Of a DNA stretch of 64,000 bases, positions 42,643 through 51,766 are shown piece by piece (position 1 is the first letter of the stretch; the number at the start of each line of letters is the position of its first letter). The stretch is from Opitutales bacterium (GTDB lineage Bacteria; Verrucomicrobiota; Verrucomicrobiia; Opitutales; UBA2987). Under the pieces are notes generated by a model. The model saw only the letters and a list, made by a program, of their open reading frames with translations. It did not search any database and had not been told where the DNA came from. The stretch spans positions 128,001 to 192,000 of the forward strand of contig CBDDEL010000013.1 of NCBI GenBank assembly GCA_965226885.1, in the 5' to 3' direction. Made by a program: the position numbers and the translations under genes.

Positions 42643-43521
42643 ATGTCTCGTATAATTATAGATTCGCACAACCACATTATTAACCACCGGGAGCCCGTCT
42701 GGGGCTGGGGGCCGCGTTTTACAGGGGACGACCTCATCGCCACCATGGACCGGGACTACGATGTCATGGGGGAAATACGGCACGTTGCAAAAGCCGTTAC
42801 TATGGGATCGCTGGGGATCACCGCACTGGGCGACTACACGATGGCGGAAGCGCATCAATATGTTCGCCAGTGCGTGCAGGAACATTCCGATCGCCTTTAC
42901 CTGAACGCCGTTTACAATCCCCGAATCTGGAGCGTCGATGAGTTGAACCAGGTGGACCAGTGGGTCGAGGATTCCAACCTGGTCATGCTCAAACTGCACC
43001 CGACGATGCACAATTTCCTGTTGCCCATGGGTAATCCTTATCCTGGCCGGGAGACCACCAAACTGGTTTTTCCCCTTTTTGAGAAAGCCCGCCAGTTGGG
43101 AGTGCCGGTCATGATCCACATGGGCGAGCCGCCCCACTCCAACCCCTCATCCATCGATCCGATTGCCCAGGAATTTCCCGATGTGCCGATCATCATTGCC
43201 CATTCGGGAGCGAATAACGAAATCAGCTACGCACTGGCGGCGACCATCGTGGCGCGGCACAACGACAATGTCTTTTTAGGCACCAGTTGGGTGCAGCCGT
43301 TGGATCTGAGCGAGATGTATTACGCCGTTGGGCCGAGCAAAATCATTTTTGAGAGCGATTGTGCGCCGCAATCGATGGGCCACCAGATGCGCCAGGTGAT
43401 CAACCTGCACCTGCCTCCGCCCCTGGGTGTGGGCGCCTCTGCCGATGAGGTTTATGAAATGATCGGGGGCAACATCGCCCGTTTGTGCAAAATCCCGGTG
43501 GGAGAGCCCGTTGGGGCCTGA
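42643..43521 (+). CDS. Amidohydrolase_2-family metal-dependent hydrolase, paralog 2
   Basis: IIDSHNH, LKLHP, IHMG, IAHSG, FESDC, IGGNIA. Confidence 0.85.
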   Translation: MSRIIIDSHNHIINHREPVWGWGPRFTGDDLIATMDRDYDVMGEIRHVAKAVTMGSLGITALGDYTMAEAHQYVRQCVQEHSDRLYLNAVYNPRIWSVDELNQVDQWVEDSNLVMLKLHPTMHNFLLPMGNPYPGRETTKLVFPLFEKARQLGVPVMIHMGEPPHSNPSSIDPIAQEFPDVPIIIAHSGANNEISYALAATIVARHNDNVFLGTSWVQPLDLSEMYYAVGPSKIIFESDCAPQSMGHQMRQVINLHLPPPLGVGASADEVYEMIGGNIARLCKIPVGEPVGA

Positions 43522-43531
43522 GTTTATAATT

Positions 43532-44536
43532 GTGAAAAAAGACTTTTGGCAGTCAGGCTTCCTGTTCTTGGCAAGCTTCCTCTTGATGGCCTTGGCCGGA
43601 GGGTGCTCCGGCGGGGTTGAAAAGAAAGGCGATGCCGATGTTTTCATGGTCGGTTTGCTTAGCCCGGGACCCGTCAACGGGCAAGGCTGGACACAGATTG
43701 CCTATGAGGCTCTACTAAAGATTGAGAAAGAATTGGGGGCGCAAATCAGCTATGTGGAGGTGGAGCAATCGCCGGCCTTGTTCGAGCGGGCCTTTCGCGA
43801 TTATGCCAGCCAGGGTTATCAGATGGTCCTCGGTCACGGTTTTGAATTTCAGGATTCGGCCCTCACGGTGGCGAAAGATTTTCCCGACACCTGGTTCTTC
43901 ATTTCCAGCAGCAAAATTCGGGAGGGCAATGTCATTGGGGTGGACACCGATTCGAGCCAGCCCTTTTACCTGATGGGAATCATAGCGGCCAAAATGGGCA
44001 AAGCCGCCGGGCTGATCGGGGGGGTGGAAATACCGCCCATCACCAACGCATTTATCGGATTCACCAATGGGGTTCGCAGCATCGACCCCTCTTTTCCCAT
44101 CAGCACCACTTATTTGGGCAGTTGGACCGATGCCGCGGCAGCCAAGGAAGCGGCCTTCAGCATGATAGGGGAGGGGGCCGATTTTATCATACCGGACGCC
44201 GATGCTGCTGGTTCCGGCGTTTACCAGGCCCTTAAGGAGACCGGCCCCGGCTATTGGTCTTTCGGAATCTACAACGATTTCACCTCACAGGCCCCGGACA
44301 ATATGATCGGCAACTATTTCAACGATTACGGGCAAGGTTTGGTCAATATTGCCCGGCAGGTGCAGGAGGGTAGTTTTGCGATTGAATCGAATATCGTATT
44401 CGGGGTTAAGGACGAAGACGTGATCTGGGTTGAGTTTGAAGAGGGCAGGGTGCCTGCCGATGTGTTGGAACTGGTGGAAGCCGCCAGGCAGGAGATCATT
44501 GCCGGTAAAATCGATACCTTGGCGCCCAACCATTGA
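43532..44536 (+). CDS. BMP-family ABC transporter substrate-binding lipoprotein (nucleoside/purine type)
   Basis: Lipobox LAGGC; GHGFEF, AKDFPDTWF and YLGSWTDAAAAKEAA motifs. GTG start at 43532. Confidence 0.88.
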   Translation: MKKDFWQSGFLFLASFLLMALAGGCSGGVEKKGDADVFMVGLLSPGPVNGQGWTQIAYEALLKIEKELGAQISYVEVEQSPALFERAFRDYASQGYQMVLGHGFEFQDSALTVAKDFPDTWFFISSSKIREGNVIGVDTDSSQPFYLMGIIAAKMGKAAGLIGGVEIPPITNAFIGFTNGVRSIDPSFPISTTYLGSWTDAAAAKEAAFSMIGEGADFIIPDADAAGSGVYQALKETGPGYWSFGIYNDFTSQAPDNMIGNYFNDYGQGLVNIARQVQEGSFAIESNIVFGVKDEDVIWVEFEEGRVPADVLELVEAARQEIIAGKIDTLAPNH

Positions 44537-45663
44537 AAAGGGAAACTGTGGACGCCAGGGATGCGGAAAGTGCACAGGATATGCCGTCAAATCAGCCGGA
44601 ACCAAAAAATTTTCCCCCTCCGATTAAGATCCTGCGTTCTGCCGGGCGAATCGTTGCTCTGCCCACGGCTGCCGTGGGCATTGCGTTGGCGGCAGGAGCG
44701 ATCCTGCTCTTGTCGGCGGGATTTTCTCCACTCAAGGCCTACGGGGTGATGGGGTATGGGGCTTTCGGTACGGTCAACAACCTGGCGGAGACGCTTCTCA
44801 AATCTACGCCCTTGATCTTGATCGGTTCGGGGCTGGCGGTGGCCTTTCGCAGCGGCATGTGGAATATAGGGGCCGAAGGCCAACTCTATGCCGGAGCGGT
44901 GGCGGCCACTCTGGCGGGGACTGTTTTTTCGGATCTGCCCGCAGTCCTCCTGGTTCCTTTGGTTTTGATTTCCGGTATGGCCGGCGGCGCTGTGTGGGGC
45001 GGACTGGCCGGATTTTTCAAGGTGCGGTTCGGCGCCAGCGAAATAGTCACCACCATCATGCTCAATTTCCTGGCCATCATTGCCACCAGCTATTTGGTGA
45101 CCGGGCCGATGATTGAGGAAGTGGGTAAATTTCCGCAAACGGCACAAATCGCGGAAGCGGCCCGGCTTCCCCGCATCTTGTTGCCGACCCGCCTCCATAT
45201 TGGTTTCATCCTGGCCTTGGCCGTCTCCCTGGCGACCTATGTGCTGCTTTTCAAGTCCAGCCGCGGCTATGCCCTGCGCACCGTTGGGATAAGCCCGGAT
45301 GCGGCGCGCTATGCCGGCATCAATGTGGGCGCGGGCCTCCTCACCGCCATGGCTATCAGCGGCGGGGCGGCGGGATTGGCCGGGGCCGTAGAAATAACCG
45401 GTTTAACCTATCGGCTTTATCAGGAGATTTCTCCCGGTTACGGTTTTGACGGGATCGCCGTCGCCCTTTTGGCCAACAACAATCCCCTGGGGGTCATCTT
45501 CACTGGTATTCTCTTTGGGGCCTTGCGCTCCGGTTCCGAAGTCATGCAGATGAATGCCCAGGTGCCCGCCGTCCTGGTTTCCGTCATCCAGGGGGCGGTT
45601 TTGCTTTCGGCGGCAGCTTTCGGAGTATTTCGAATCACCGTGGCGGATCCACATAAGGAGTAG
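44533..45663 (+). CDS. Nucleoside-type ABC transporter permease 1
   Basis: WNIGAEGQ, EIVTTIMLN, GYGFDGIAVALL. Confidence 0.92.
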   Translation: MKRETVDARDAESAQDMPSNQPEPKNFPPPIKILRSAGRIVALPTAAVGIALAAGAILLLSAGFSPLKAYGVMGYGAFGTVNNLAETLLKSTPLILIGSGLAVAFRSGMWNIGAEGQLYAGAVAATLAGTVFSDLPAVLLVPLVLISGMAGGAVWGGLAGFFKVRFGASEIVTTIMLNFLAIIATSYLVTGPMIEEVGKFPQTAQIAEAARLPRILLPTRLHIGFILALAVSLATYVLLFKSSRGYALRTVGISPDAARYAGINVGAGLLTAMAISGGAAGLAGAVEITGLTYRLYQEISPGYGFDGIAVALLANNNPLGVIFTGILFGALRSGSEVMQMNAQVPAVLVSVIQGAVLLSAAAFGVFRITVADPHKE

Positions 45664-45669
45664 TTGAAA

Positions 45670-46608
45670 ATGGAACCGCTGGCCATAATTGCATTTCTCG
45701 CTGCGGTGCTGGGGGCTGCCTGGAGGCTGGCCACTCCTTTCATCTATACATCGTTGGGAGAAGTATTTTCAGAGCGGGCCGGAGTATTGAATATCGGGCT
45801 CGAGGGCGTCATGCTGATCGGAGCTTTCAACGCATTTGCCATCGCCTTTTTTACGGGCAGCCCTTTTCTCGGTCTGGCGGCCGCTTTGGCCGCCGGATTG
45901 CTCTGCGGGCTGCTCTTCGCATTTTTGACCGTAACCGTGCGGGCCAACCAAATCGTGGTGGGGGCAGCCTTCAACCTGGCCGGTCTCGGTTTGACCAGTT
46001 TTCTTTACCGGTCCGTGTTTTCCGGGCGCATGGAGACGGCCCGGGAATACGTTTCCTTCGTTCCCATCGAAATACCATTCTTAAGCCGTTTGCCATTTTT
46101 CGGTGAAATTTTCTTTCGGCAAAATTTGATCGTTTACGCCACCCCGCTGGTGGTTTTGGCGGGCGCCTTCATCCTTTACCGGACCGCCTTCGGCCTCTCC
46201 CTCAGGGCCGTCGGAGAACACCCGCGAACGGTCGATGCGGCGGGATTGAAAGTGAGCTTGATCCGCTATTGTGGTGTTTTAACCGGTTGCGGATTGGCGG
46301 CCATGGGTGGCGCTTATTTGACAATTGCTCACACTAACCAGTTTAACGAGGGCATCACCTCGGGCCGTGGATTTATTGCCCTGGCGGTGGTCGTTATCGG
46401 ACGTTGGTCTCCCTGGGGCGCATTCTTCGTTTCCCTTTTGTTTGGATTTTTTTACGCCCTTCAATTGAGGCTGCAAGCGGTCTCCTCCATAACGATACCC
46501 TACCAGTTTCTGCAAGCCTTGCCCTACCTGCTGACTTTGCTTGTATTCGTCGTTCTGCGCAAACGAACCGCCCCGCCCGCCGCGCTGGGCGTTCCCTACA
46601 AATCATGA
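45670..46608 (+). CDS. Nucleoside-type ABC transporter permease 2
   Basis: SERAGVLNIGLEG, LRAVGEHP, GRGFIALA, PAALGVPY. Confidence 0.92.
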   Translation: MEPLAIIAFLAAVLGAAWRLATPFIYTSLGEVFSERAGVLNIGLEGVMLIGAFNAFAIAFFTGSPFLGLAAALAAGLLCGLLFAFLTVTVRANQIVVGAAFNLAGLGLTSFLYRSVFSGRMETAREYVSFVPIEIPFLSRLPFFGEIFFRQNLIVYATPLVVLAGAFILYRTAFGLSLRAVGEHPRTVDAAGLKVSLIRYCGVLTGCGLAAMGGAYLTIAHTNQFNEGITSGRGFIALAVVVIGRWSPWGAFFVSLLFGFFYALQLRLQAVSSITIPYQFLQALPYLLTLLVFVVLRKRTAPPAALGVPYKS

Positions 46609-46631
46609 CTTGAAATTGTGGCACAGTCGTT

Positions 46632-48164
46632 ATGAGTGAAGTTTTTCTCAAATTGGATAAAATCGTCAAAAGTTTTCCCGGTGTAAAGGCTAACCGCGGG
46701 ATCAGCCTGGAAGTCGGGAAAGGGAAAATTCATGCTTTGCTGGGTGAAAACGGCGCCGGCAAGACGGTTCTTATGAGCATCGTCTATGGGCTCCACCAAC
46801 CCGATTCCGGGAGCATTGTTTATCGCGGCGAACCTGTTGCCATCCATTCTCCCAAAGACGCCATCAAAAGAGGCATCGGCATGGTCCATCAACACTTTAT
46901 GCTGGTTCCAACCCTGACGGTGGCGGAAAATATCGTTCTGGGACAATACCCGCCCTGGAAGGTTTTGCGGGAAATGGGTAAAGTGGAATCGAGAATCGAG
47001 GAGTTGAGCCAGAAATTCGGGCTGAAAATCGATCCTCGCGCTCCCGTGCATCGTCTTTCGGTGGGGGAACAGCAAAGGGTGGAAATTTTGAAGGCTCTTT
47101 ATCAGGGCGTGGACCTGCTCATTCTCGATGAACCGACGGCCGTGCTTACCCCTCAGGAAACGGATGGGCTTTTGAACTTTTTGAAAGAAATGACTGGGCG
47201 CGGATTGACCGTTATTTTCATCACCCACAAGCTGGACGAGGTTATGCGGGCGAGCGACCGGGTAACGGTATTGCGCGACGGCCGGGAGGTTGCCATGGTG
47301 CAAACGGCGGAAACCAATCCGCGCGCGCTGGCCCGGCTTATGGTGGGGCGGGAGGTTTTTCTGGAACCTCCGTCGAGAGAGGGAACGGTGGGTAAAAATA
47401 TCCTTTCGGTGAAAAACCTGACGGTCAACGACGAGCGGGGTTTGCCGGCTGTAAGGGATATAACTTTTGAGGTGAAAAGCGGGGAAATCGTTGGCATTGC
47501 CGGGGTGTCCGGGAATGGACAGAGTGAACTGGCCTTGGCTCTAGCCGGATTGAGGCCCGTTTCAAGCGGCCAAATTTATTTTCTCGACACCCCGGCGACT
47601 AACCTGCTTCCGCGAAAATTGAGCCGCCTGGGGCTCGCCCATGTGCCCGAAGACCGGCACAAAATGGGAATCGTGCTGCCTTTCACGGTGGCGGAAAATT
47701 TTATTTTGCACGATTTCGGCGATCCGCCATTTGCCCGGAACGGATTTTTGCGTTCGGGGTTAATTCGCCGCCACGCCAGGAAGCTGGCCCAAAAATATGC
47801 CGTTCGCCATAGCGCGGTGGATCAGGAGATCGGCCAGCTTTCGGGCGGAAACCAGCAGAAGGTGGTCGTTGCTAGGGAATTGCAGCGCAGCCCGCGTCTC
47901 CTGTTGGTCAACGAGCCGACCCGAGGGATCGATATCGGGGCCACCGAATTTGTCCGCCGGCAAATAGCGGCGGCCCGCGATGCAGGATCGGCCGTGCTGC
48001 TTATATCTTCGGACTTGGAGGAATTGTTTGCCCTCAGCGACCGTTTACTCATTTTTTATGAAGGAAAAATTGTCGGCCAAACCCCCGCAAATAACGAACT
48101 TATCGAGGAAATCGGTTTGATGATGGCGGGCCATAAAATCGAAAATTATGCGCCTGAAAACTGA
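46632..48164 (+). CDS. ABC transporter ATP-binding protein with two ABC domains (nucleoside/sugar type)
   Basis: GENGAGKT, VHQHFML, LDEPT, LSGGNQQK. Confidence 0.94.
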   Translation: MSEVFLKLDKIVKSFPGVKANRGISLEVGKGKIHALLGENGAGKTVLMSIVYGLHQPDSGSIVYRGEPVAIHSPKDAIKRGIGMVHQHFMLVPTLTVAENIVLGQYPPWKVLREMGKVESRIEELSQKFGLKIDPRAPVHRLSVGEQQRVEILKALYQGVDLLILDEPTAVLTPQETDGLLNFLKEMTGRGLTVIFITHKLDEVMRASDRVTVLRDGREVAMVQTAETNPRALARLMVGREVFLEPPSREGTVGKNILSVKNLTVNDERGLPAVRDITFEVKSGEIVGIAGVSGNGQSELALALAGLRPVSSGQIYFLDTPATNLLPRKLSRLGLAHVPEDRHKMGIVLPFTVAENFILHDFGDPPFARNGFLRSGLIRRHARKLAQKYAVRHSAVDQEIGQLSGGNQQKVVVARELQRSPRLLLVNEPTRGIDIGATEFVRRQIAAARDAGSAVLLISSDLEELFALSDRLLIFYEGKIVGQTPANNELIEEIGLMMAGHKIENYAPEN

Positions 48165-48230
48165 AATCGGCTTTATTTTGTTCTCTTGCTCCTGGCCATT
48201 AAACAAGCTACTAATTGGATTAGCTTAGAC

Positions 48231-48824
48231 GTGAAACGATTAATTATAGGCATTACCGGCGCCAGCGGCGTTATTTATGGAATTCGTTTATTGGAAATTT
48301 TGCGGGAAACGCAAGAGGTGCATACCCACCTTGCCATTAGCAATGCCGGTAAGCGCACCATTCTCCTGGAAACGGATTTTTCAATTGCCGGGGTGGAAGC
48401 GCTGGCCGACGAAGTAATTGCCATTGGCGACATCGCCGCCAACATCTGCTCCGGCTCTTTTAAGACCTACGGCATGATTGTGGCGCCCTGCTCGATTCAT
48501 TCCCTTTCCGGAATCGCTCATTCCGTGTGCGATAATCTGATCCTCAGGGCGGCCGATGTGGTCTTGAAAGACAGGCGGAAATTACTTCTTTTAGTGCGCG
48601 AAACACCCTTGCACCGGGGTCATATTGAACTAATGGAGCGTGCCGCCAAATTGGGGGCCATCATCATGCCGCCGGTTCCCGCCTTTTATCATCGTCCGAA
48701 AAAGTTGGACGATATCATCAACCAAACGGCCAACCGCGCACTAGACCTGATGGATATCGAATTGGATGAGGATTTGTATGAACGCTGGCAAGGCCCTGGG
48801 CAGTCACAAGAACCTAAAAGTTAA
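48231..48824 (+). CDS. ubiX: Flavin prenyltransferase UbiX family
   Basis: GITGASG, SGSF, RAADV.LK, RETP, PPVPAFY. Confidence 0.93.
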   Translation: MKRLIIGITGASGVIYGIRLLEILRETQEVHTHLAISNAGKRTILLETDFSIAGVEALADEVIAIGDIAANICSGSFKTYGMIVAPCSIHSLSGIAHSVCDNLILRAADVVLKDRRKLLLLVRETPLHRGHIELMERAAKLGAIIMPPVPAFYHRPKKLDDIINQTANRALDLMDIELDEDLYERWQGPGQSQEPKS

Positions 48825-48838
48825 AGGAAGATTGATCG

Positions 48839-50191
48839 ATGGCATCACTGAGAACTTTTCTCGAAACTCTTTCCGAAGATGAGATACTGCGCTTCGAAGA
48901 GCCGATGGAACTGGATTATACTCCGACCGCGCTGGCTCTGGAATTGGGGAAAGAGCAGAAATTTCCCATGCTTTGGTTTGAGCAGCCCAATGGCTTCGAT
49001 ATGCCGGTAGTGGCCAATATTTTTGCTAACAGAGACCGCATTGCCCGTATCGCCGGGGCGCCTGATGCGGCCAGTTTCAACGAAACCTGGCTGCGGGCGG
49101 AAAATAATCCCGTTTCGCCTCGTCTTGTCGATTCCGGTCCCGCCCAGGAGTTGGTTTTCATCGGCGACGAGGTGGATGTGCGGACGCTTCCCATCAGCCG
49201 CCATTTTCAGGCCGACGCCGGGCGCTACATCGGCTCCGGCATATTGATCTGCAAAGACCCTGACACAGGCGTGCGCAACCTCAGCTACCAGCGTTTGCAG
49301 TTGAAGGGCAAAGACCGCTTTGGGGCCAGCTTGCACTCCAGGGCCCATATATGGGATCACTTGATTCGCTCGCAGAAACGGGGCAAAAATCTTGAGGTGG
49401 CGGTGGTTATCGGGGCGCATCCGGCTATTTATCTGGCGGCCGCCGCCAAGGTGGCCATGGAGGTGGATGAGCTGGACATTGCGGGCGGGCTTTTGGGGAA
49501 ACCGGTCGATCTCGTAAAATGCCGCACTATCGATATAGAGGTTCCAGCCGAGGCCGAGATCGTCATCGAGGGCGAATTGCTGGCCGATGCGAGTGAGGAC
49601 GAGGGCCCCTACGGTGAATACACCGGCTACTCAACTTACCGATCAACCCGCAATGTATTCGTCGTCAAGGCGGTCACCCGGCGAGAGAAACCGATTTATC
49701 TGGACATCATTCCGGGTAATTCGAGCGAACATCTATTGCTTGGCCGCTGTGCCAAGGAAGCGCATGTATTCAATCGGCTGAAGGAGGTCGTGGCGGGGGT
49801 CAAGGCCATTAATTACCCCAAGTCGGGAACTCATTTTCACGCCTACATCTCCCTCCAAAAAGGGGCCGAGGGGCAGGCCCGGCACGCCATCATGCTTTTG
49901 TTCGGTTTGGATTCCTATCTGAAACTAGTCATCGCCGTCGATGAGGACATCGATATTTACAACGTGGAGGATATTCTCTGGGCTTTGGCTACCCGATTTC
50001 AGGCCGACACCGATTTGTTTGTCGTGCCCAAAGTATTTTGCAATCGACTCGACCCTTCCGCCGTCGATGGCATGTCCGCCAAGTTGGGCATTGACGCGAC
50101 GCTGCCGCCAGATTTCGAGGCGGAGCGAATCGCTCTTCCCGCGGAGGCATTGGAGAGGGCTCGTTCGGCTTTGGCGAAATTGCTGGTTTGA
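48839..50191 (+). CDS. UbiD-family prFMN-dependent (de)carboxylase, probably not the quinone-pathway enzyme
   Basis: DAGRY, NLSYQRLQ, EGPYGEY catalytic motif, VDEDIDI, WALATRFQ, KLGIDAT. Confidence 0.92.
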   Translation: MASLRTFLETLSEDEILRFEEPMELDYTPTALALELGKEQKFPMLWFEQPNGFDMPVVANIFANRDRIARIAGAPDAASFNETWLRAENNPVSPRLVDSGPAQELVFIGDEVDVRTLPISRHFQADAGRYIGSGILICKDPDTGVRNLSYQRLQLKGKDRFGASLHSRAHIWDHLIRSQKRGKNLEVAVVIGAHPAIYLAAAAKVAMEVDELDIAGGLLGKPVDLVKCRTIDIEVPAEAEIVIEGELLADASEDEGPYGEYTGYSTYRSTRNVFVVKAVTRREKPIYLDIIPGNSSEHLLLGRCAKEAHVFNRLKEVVAGVKAINYPKSGTHFHAYISLQKGAEGQARHAIMLLFGLDSYLKLVIAVDEDIDIYNVEDILWALATRFQADTDLFVVPKVFCNRLDPSAVDGMSAKLGIDATLPPDFEAERIALPAEALERARSALAKLLV

Positions 50192-50199
50192 GGACCTAA

Positions 50200-51766
50200 C
50201 CCGGATATTTCATGAAGGGTAAAGTTTGGCTCGTTATTGCTATTGGAGATGGATTTCTTTGTATTTTGGGCGGATCGTCTTGATTTTGAGGTGTTTTTCA
50301 GGGTGTAGAGACACTTCCCCCTTTCCCCCATTGGTTCGGTAGCGCCGGGGGCAGCGCCAATGCGCCCTTTAGGTTGGCACCAACCGGCGGGCCGCATGGT
50401 TGAAAAGACTGGCCCATGGATAACTTTCACTTAGGTGAAAGTGAATCGTTCGGGTGTTGCGCACGATTACCGCTCCGATCTTGATTAATTTTAGCCGTAG
50501 ACTGTGGCATTGGAGACGCGCCCACTTCGTCCCTTTTAATGCGAACCGGCGCAAGGCTTCCATCAAGGTGTAGGCCAGCCCCGACAAGAGCAATCGCCAC
50601 TGGTTGGCCCACCATTTATGCGCGCTGGTGCGTTCGCTGAACAATTGCATCTGTTCCTTGATCCGGTTCTCCATCTCACCGCGGCCACAGTATACTTTGT
50701 CGTAAAGCTCTTGGGGATCGCCCTGCAGGTTCGTCACCACGAAGCGCGGGTTGGACCCCTGTGCGGTGTGTTCGGCTTTGTGGATGATAAGGCGTTGGCG
50801 CCGCCACGATTTTGCCCCATACTCGAAGTGCTGAAACAGCCGTTGCTTTTTGCCGCTACCCTCGAACCATTGTTTGGCTTGCTCCTGCAACTGCCGGGCC
50901 GCTTGCTGCAAGCGTGCATGGCGGGCCGTTCCCACTATAAAATAAACCTCGTTGCGCTCGCACCACGAGAGAATCCGATCCCGGCAGAATCCGCTGTCGG
51001 CACGCCAAATAATCCGCGTATGGGGCCAGCTTTGGCGAATCCGTTTAACCAGCAATTTGAGGATGGCCCCGGCATGCTTGCTCGCATCGATCTTGCTGGG
51101 CCGCAGGTAGGCCACCAGAAGCTGATCGCCGCAAAAAACATACAGCGGCAAAAAACAGTAATGATCATAATAACCGTGGAAAAAACGTCCCTCCTGGAGC
51201 CCGTGCACCGGATTGTCGGTGGCGTCAAAGTCCAGGATGATCTCTTCGGGTTCCTCGGCAAAGGATCCGATGAACTGTTCGACCAGCAACTCGTTCAGGG
51301 CAAAGGCTGCCCGCCGATCCTGCCCGTTTTCAAAACGACACAAAGTCGGCGCGCTGGCCAACGCTTCAGTGCGCCCCGTTACCGTTTGCAACAAAGGATC
51401 GCGGCGCAGGGTGTCAAAGTCGTTCAAATCCTCATAGCCCGCCCCCAGCCCGTAAACGCGCTGCCGGATCATGGCCAGCATCTCATGGCGCACTTTGCCC
51501 TTCTGCCGTTTGTCTACTAATTGCCGGGCCGCTTGCTCGGTCAAGCCCAACCGCCGATCCACTTCCCGGATCAAAAGCAGCCCGGCATCCGAAGTAACCT
51601 CACCGCCCTTAAAATCAACCCGCACACGGCGGCCTTTTACCCTTGTCAACTGTAGTTCTAATTGTTTACTTTTTGTCATCGCTGATATTGCTTTAATGTT
51701 TAATCTATCCTGCTGTATATCAGCAGATAAGCATATCAGCGATACTTTTTTTATGAAATTTCCGGG
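50200..51766 (-). mobile_element. IS1380-family element, copy C (1567 bp, diverged isoform)
   Basis: TIRs CCCGGATATTTCAT / ATGAAATTTCCGGG with CTAA on both flanks. Confidence 0.92.
50369..51679 (-). CDS. IS1380-family transposase (intact, 436 aa)
   Basis: TSDAGLLL, GYEDLND, LDFDATD, RADSGF, Y..RGEMENRIKE. Confidence 0.93.
   Translation of the reverse strand: MTKSKQLELQLTRVKGRRVRVDFKGGEVTSDAGLLLIREVDRRLGLTEQAARQLVDKRQKGKVRHEMLAMIRQRVYGLGAGYEDLNDFDTLRRDPLLQTVTGRTEALASAPTLCRFENGQDRRAAFALNELLVEQFIGSFAEEPEEIILDFDATDNPVHGLQEGRFFHGYYDHYCFLPLYVFCGDQLLVAYLRPSKIDASKHAGAILKLLVKRIRQSWPHTRIIWRADSGFCRDRILSWCERNEVYFIVGTARHARLQQAARQLQEQAKQWFEGSGKKQRLFQHFEYGAKSWRRQRLIIHKAEHTAQGSNPRFVVTNLQGDPQELYDKVYCGRGEMENRIKEQMQLFSERTSAHKWWANQWRLLLSGLAYTLMEALRRFALKGTKWARLQCHSLRLKLIKIGAVIVRNTRTIHFHLSESYPWASLFNHAARRLVPT

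Noticed and set aside
48231..50191. Ubiquinone/menaquinone biosynthesis ubiX-ubiD
   Set aside because: No ubiA, mqn or other quinone genes are nearby; the pair is embedded in a transporter/catabolic operon.
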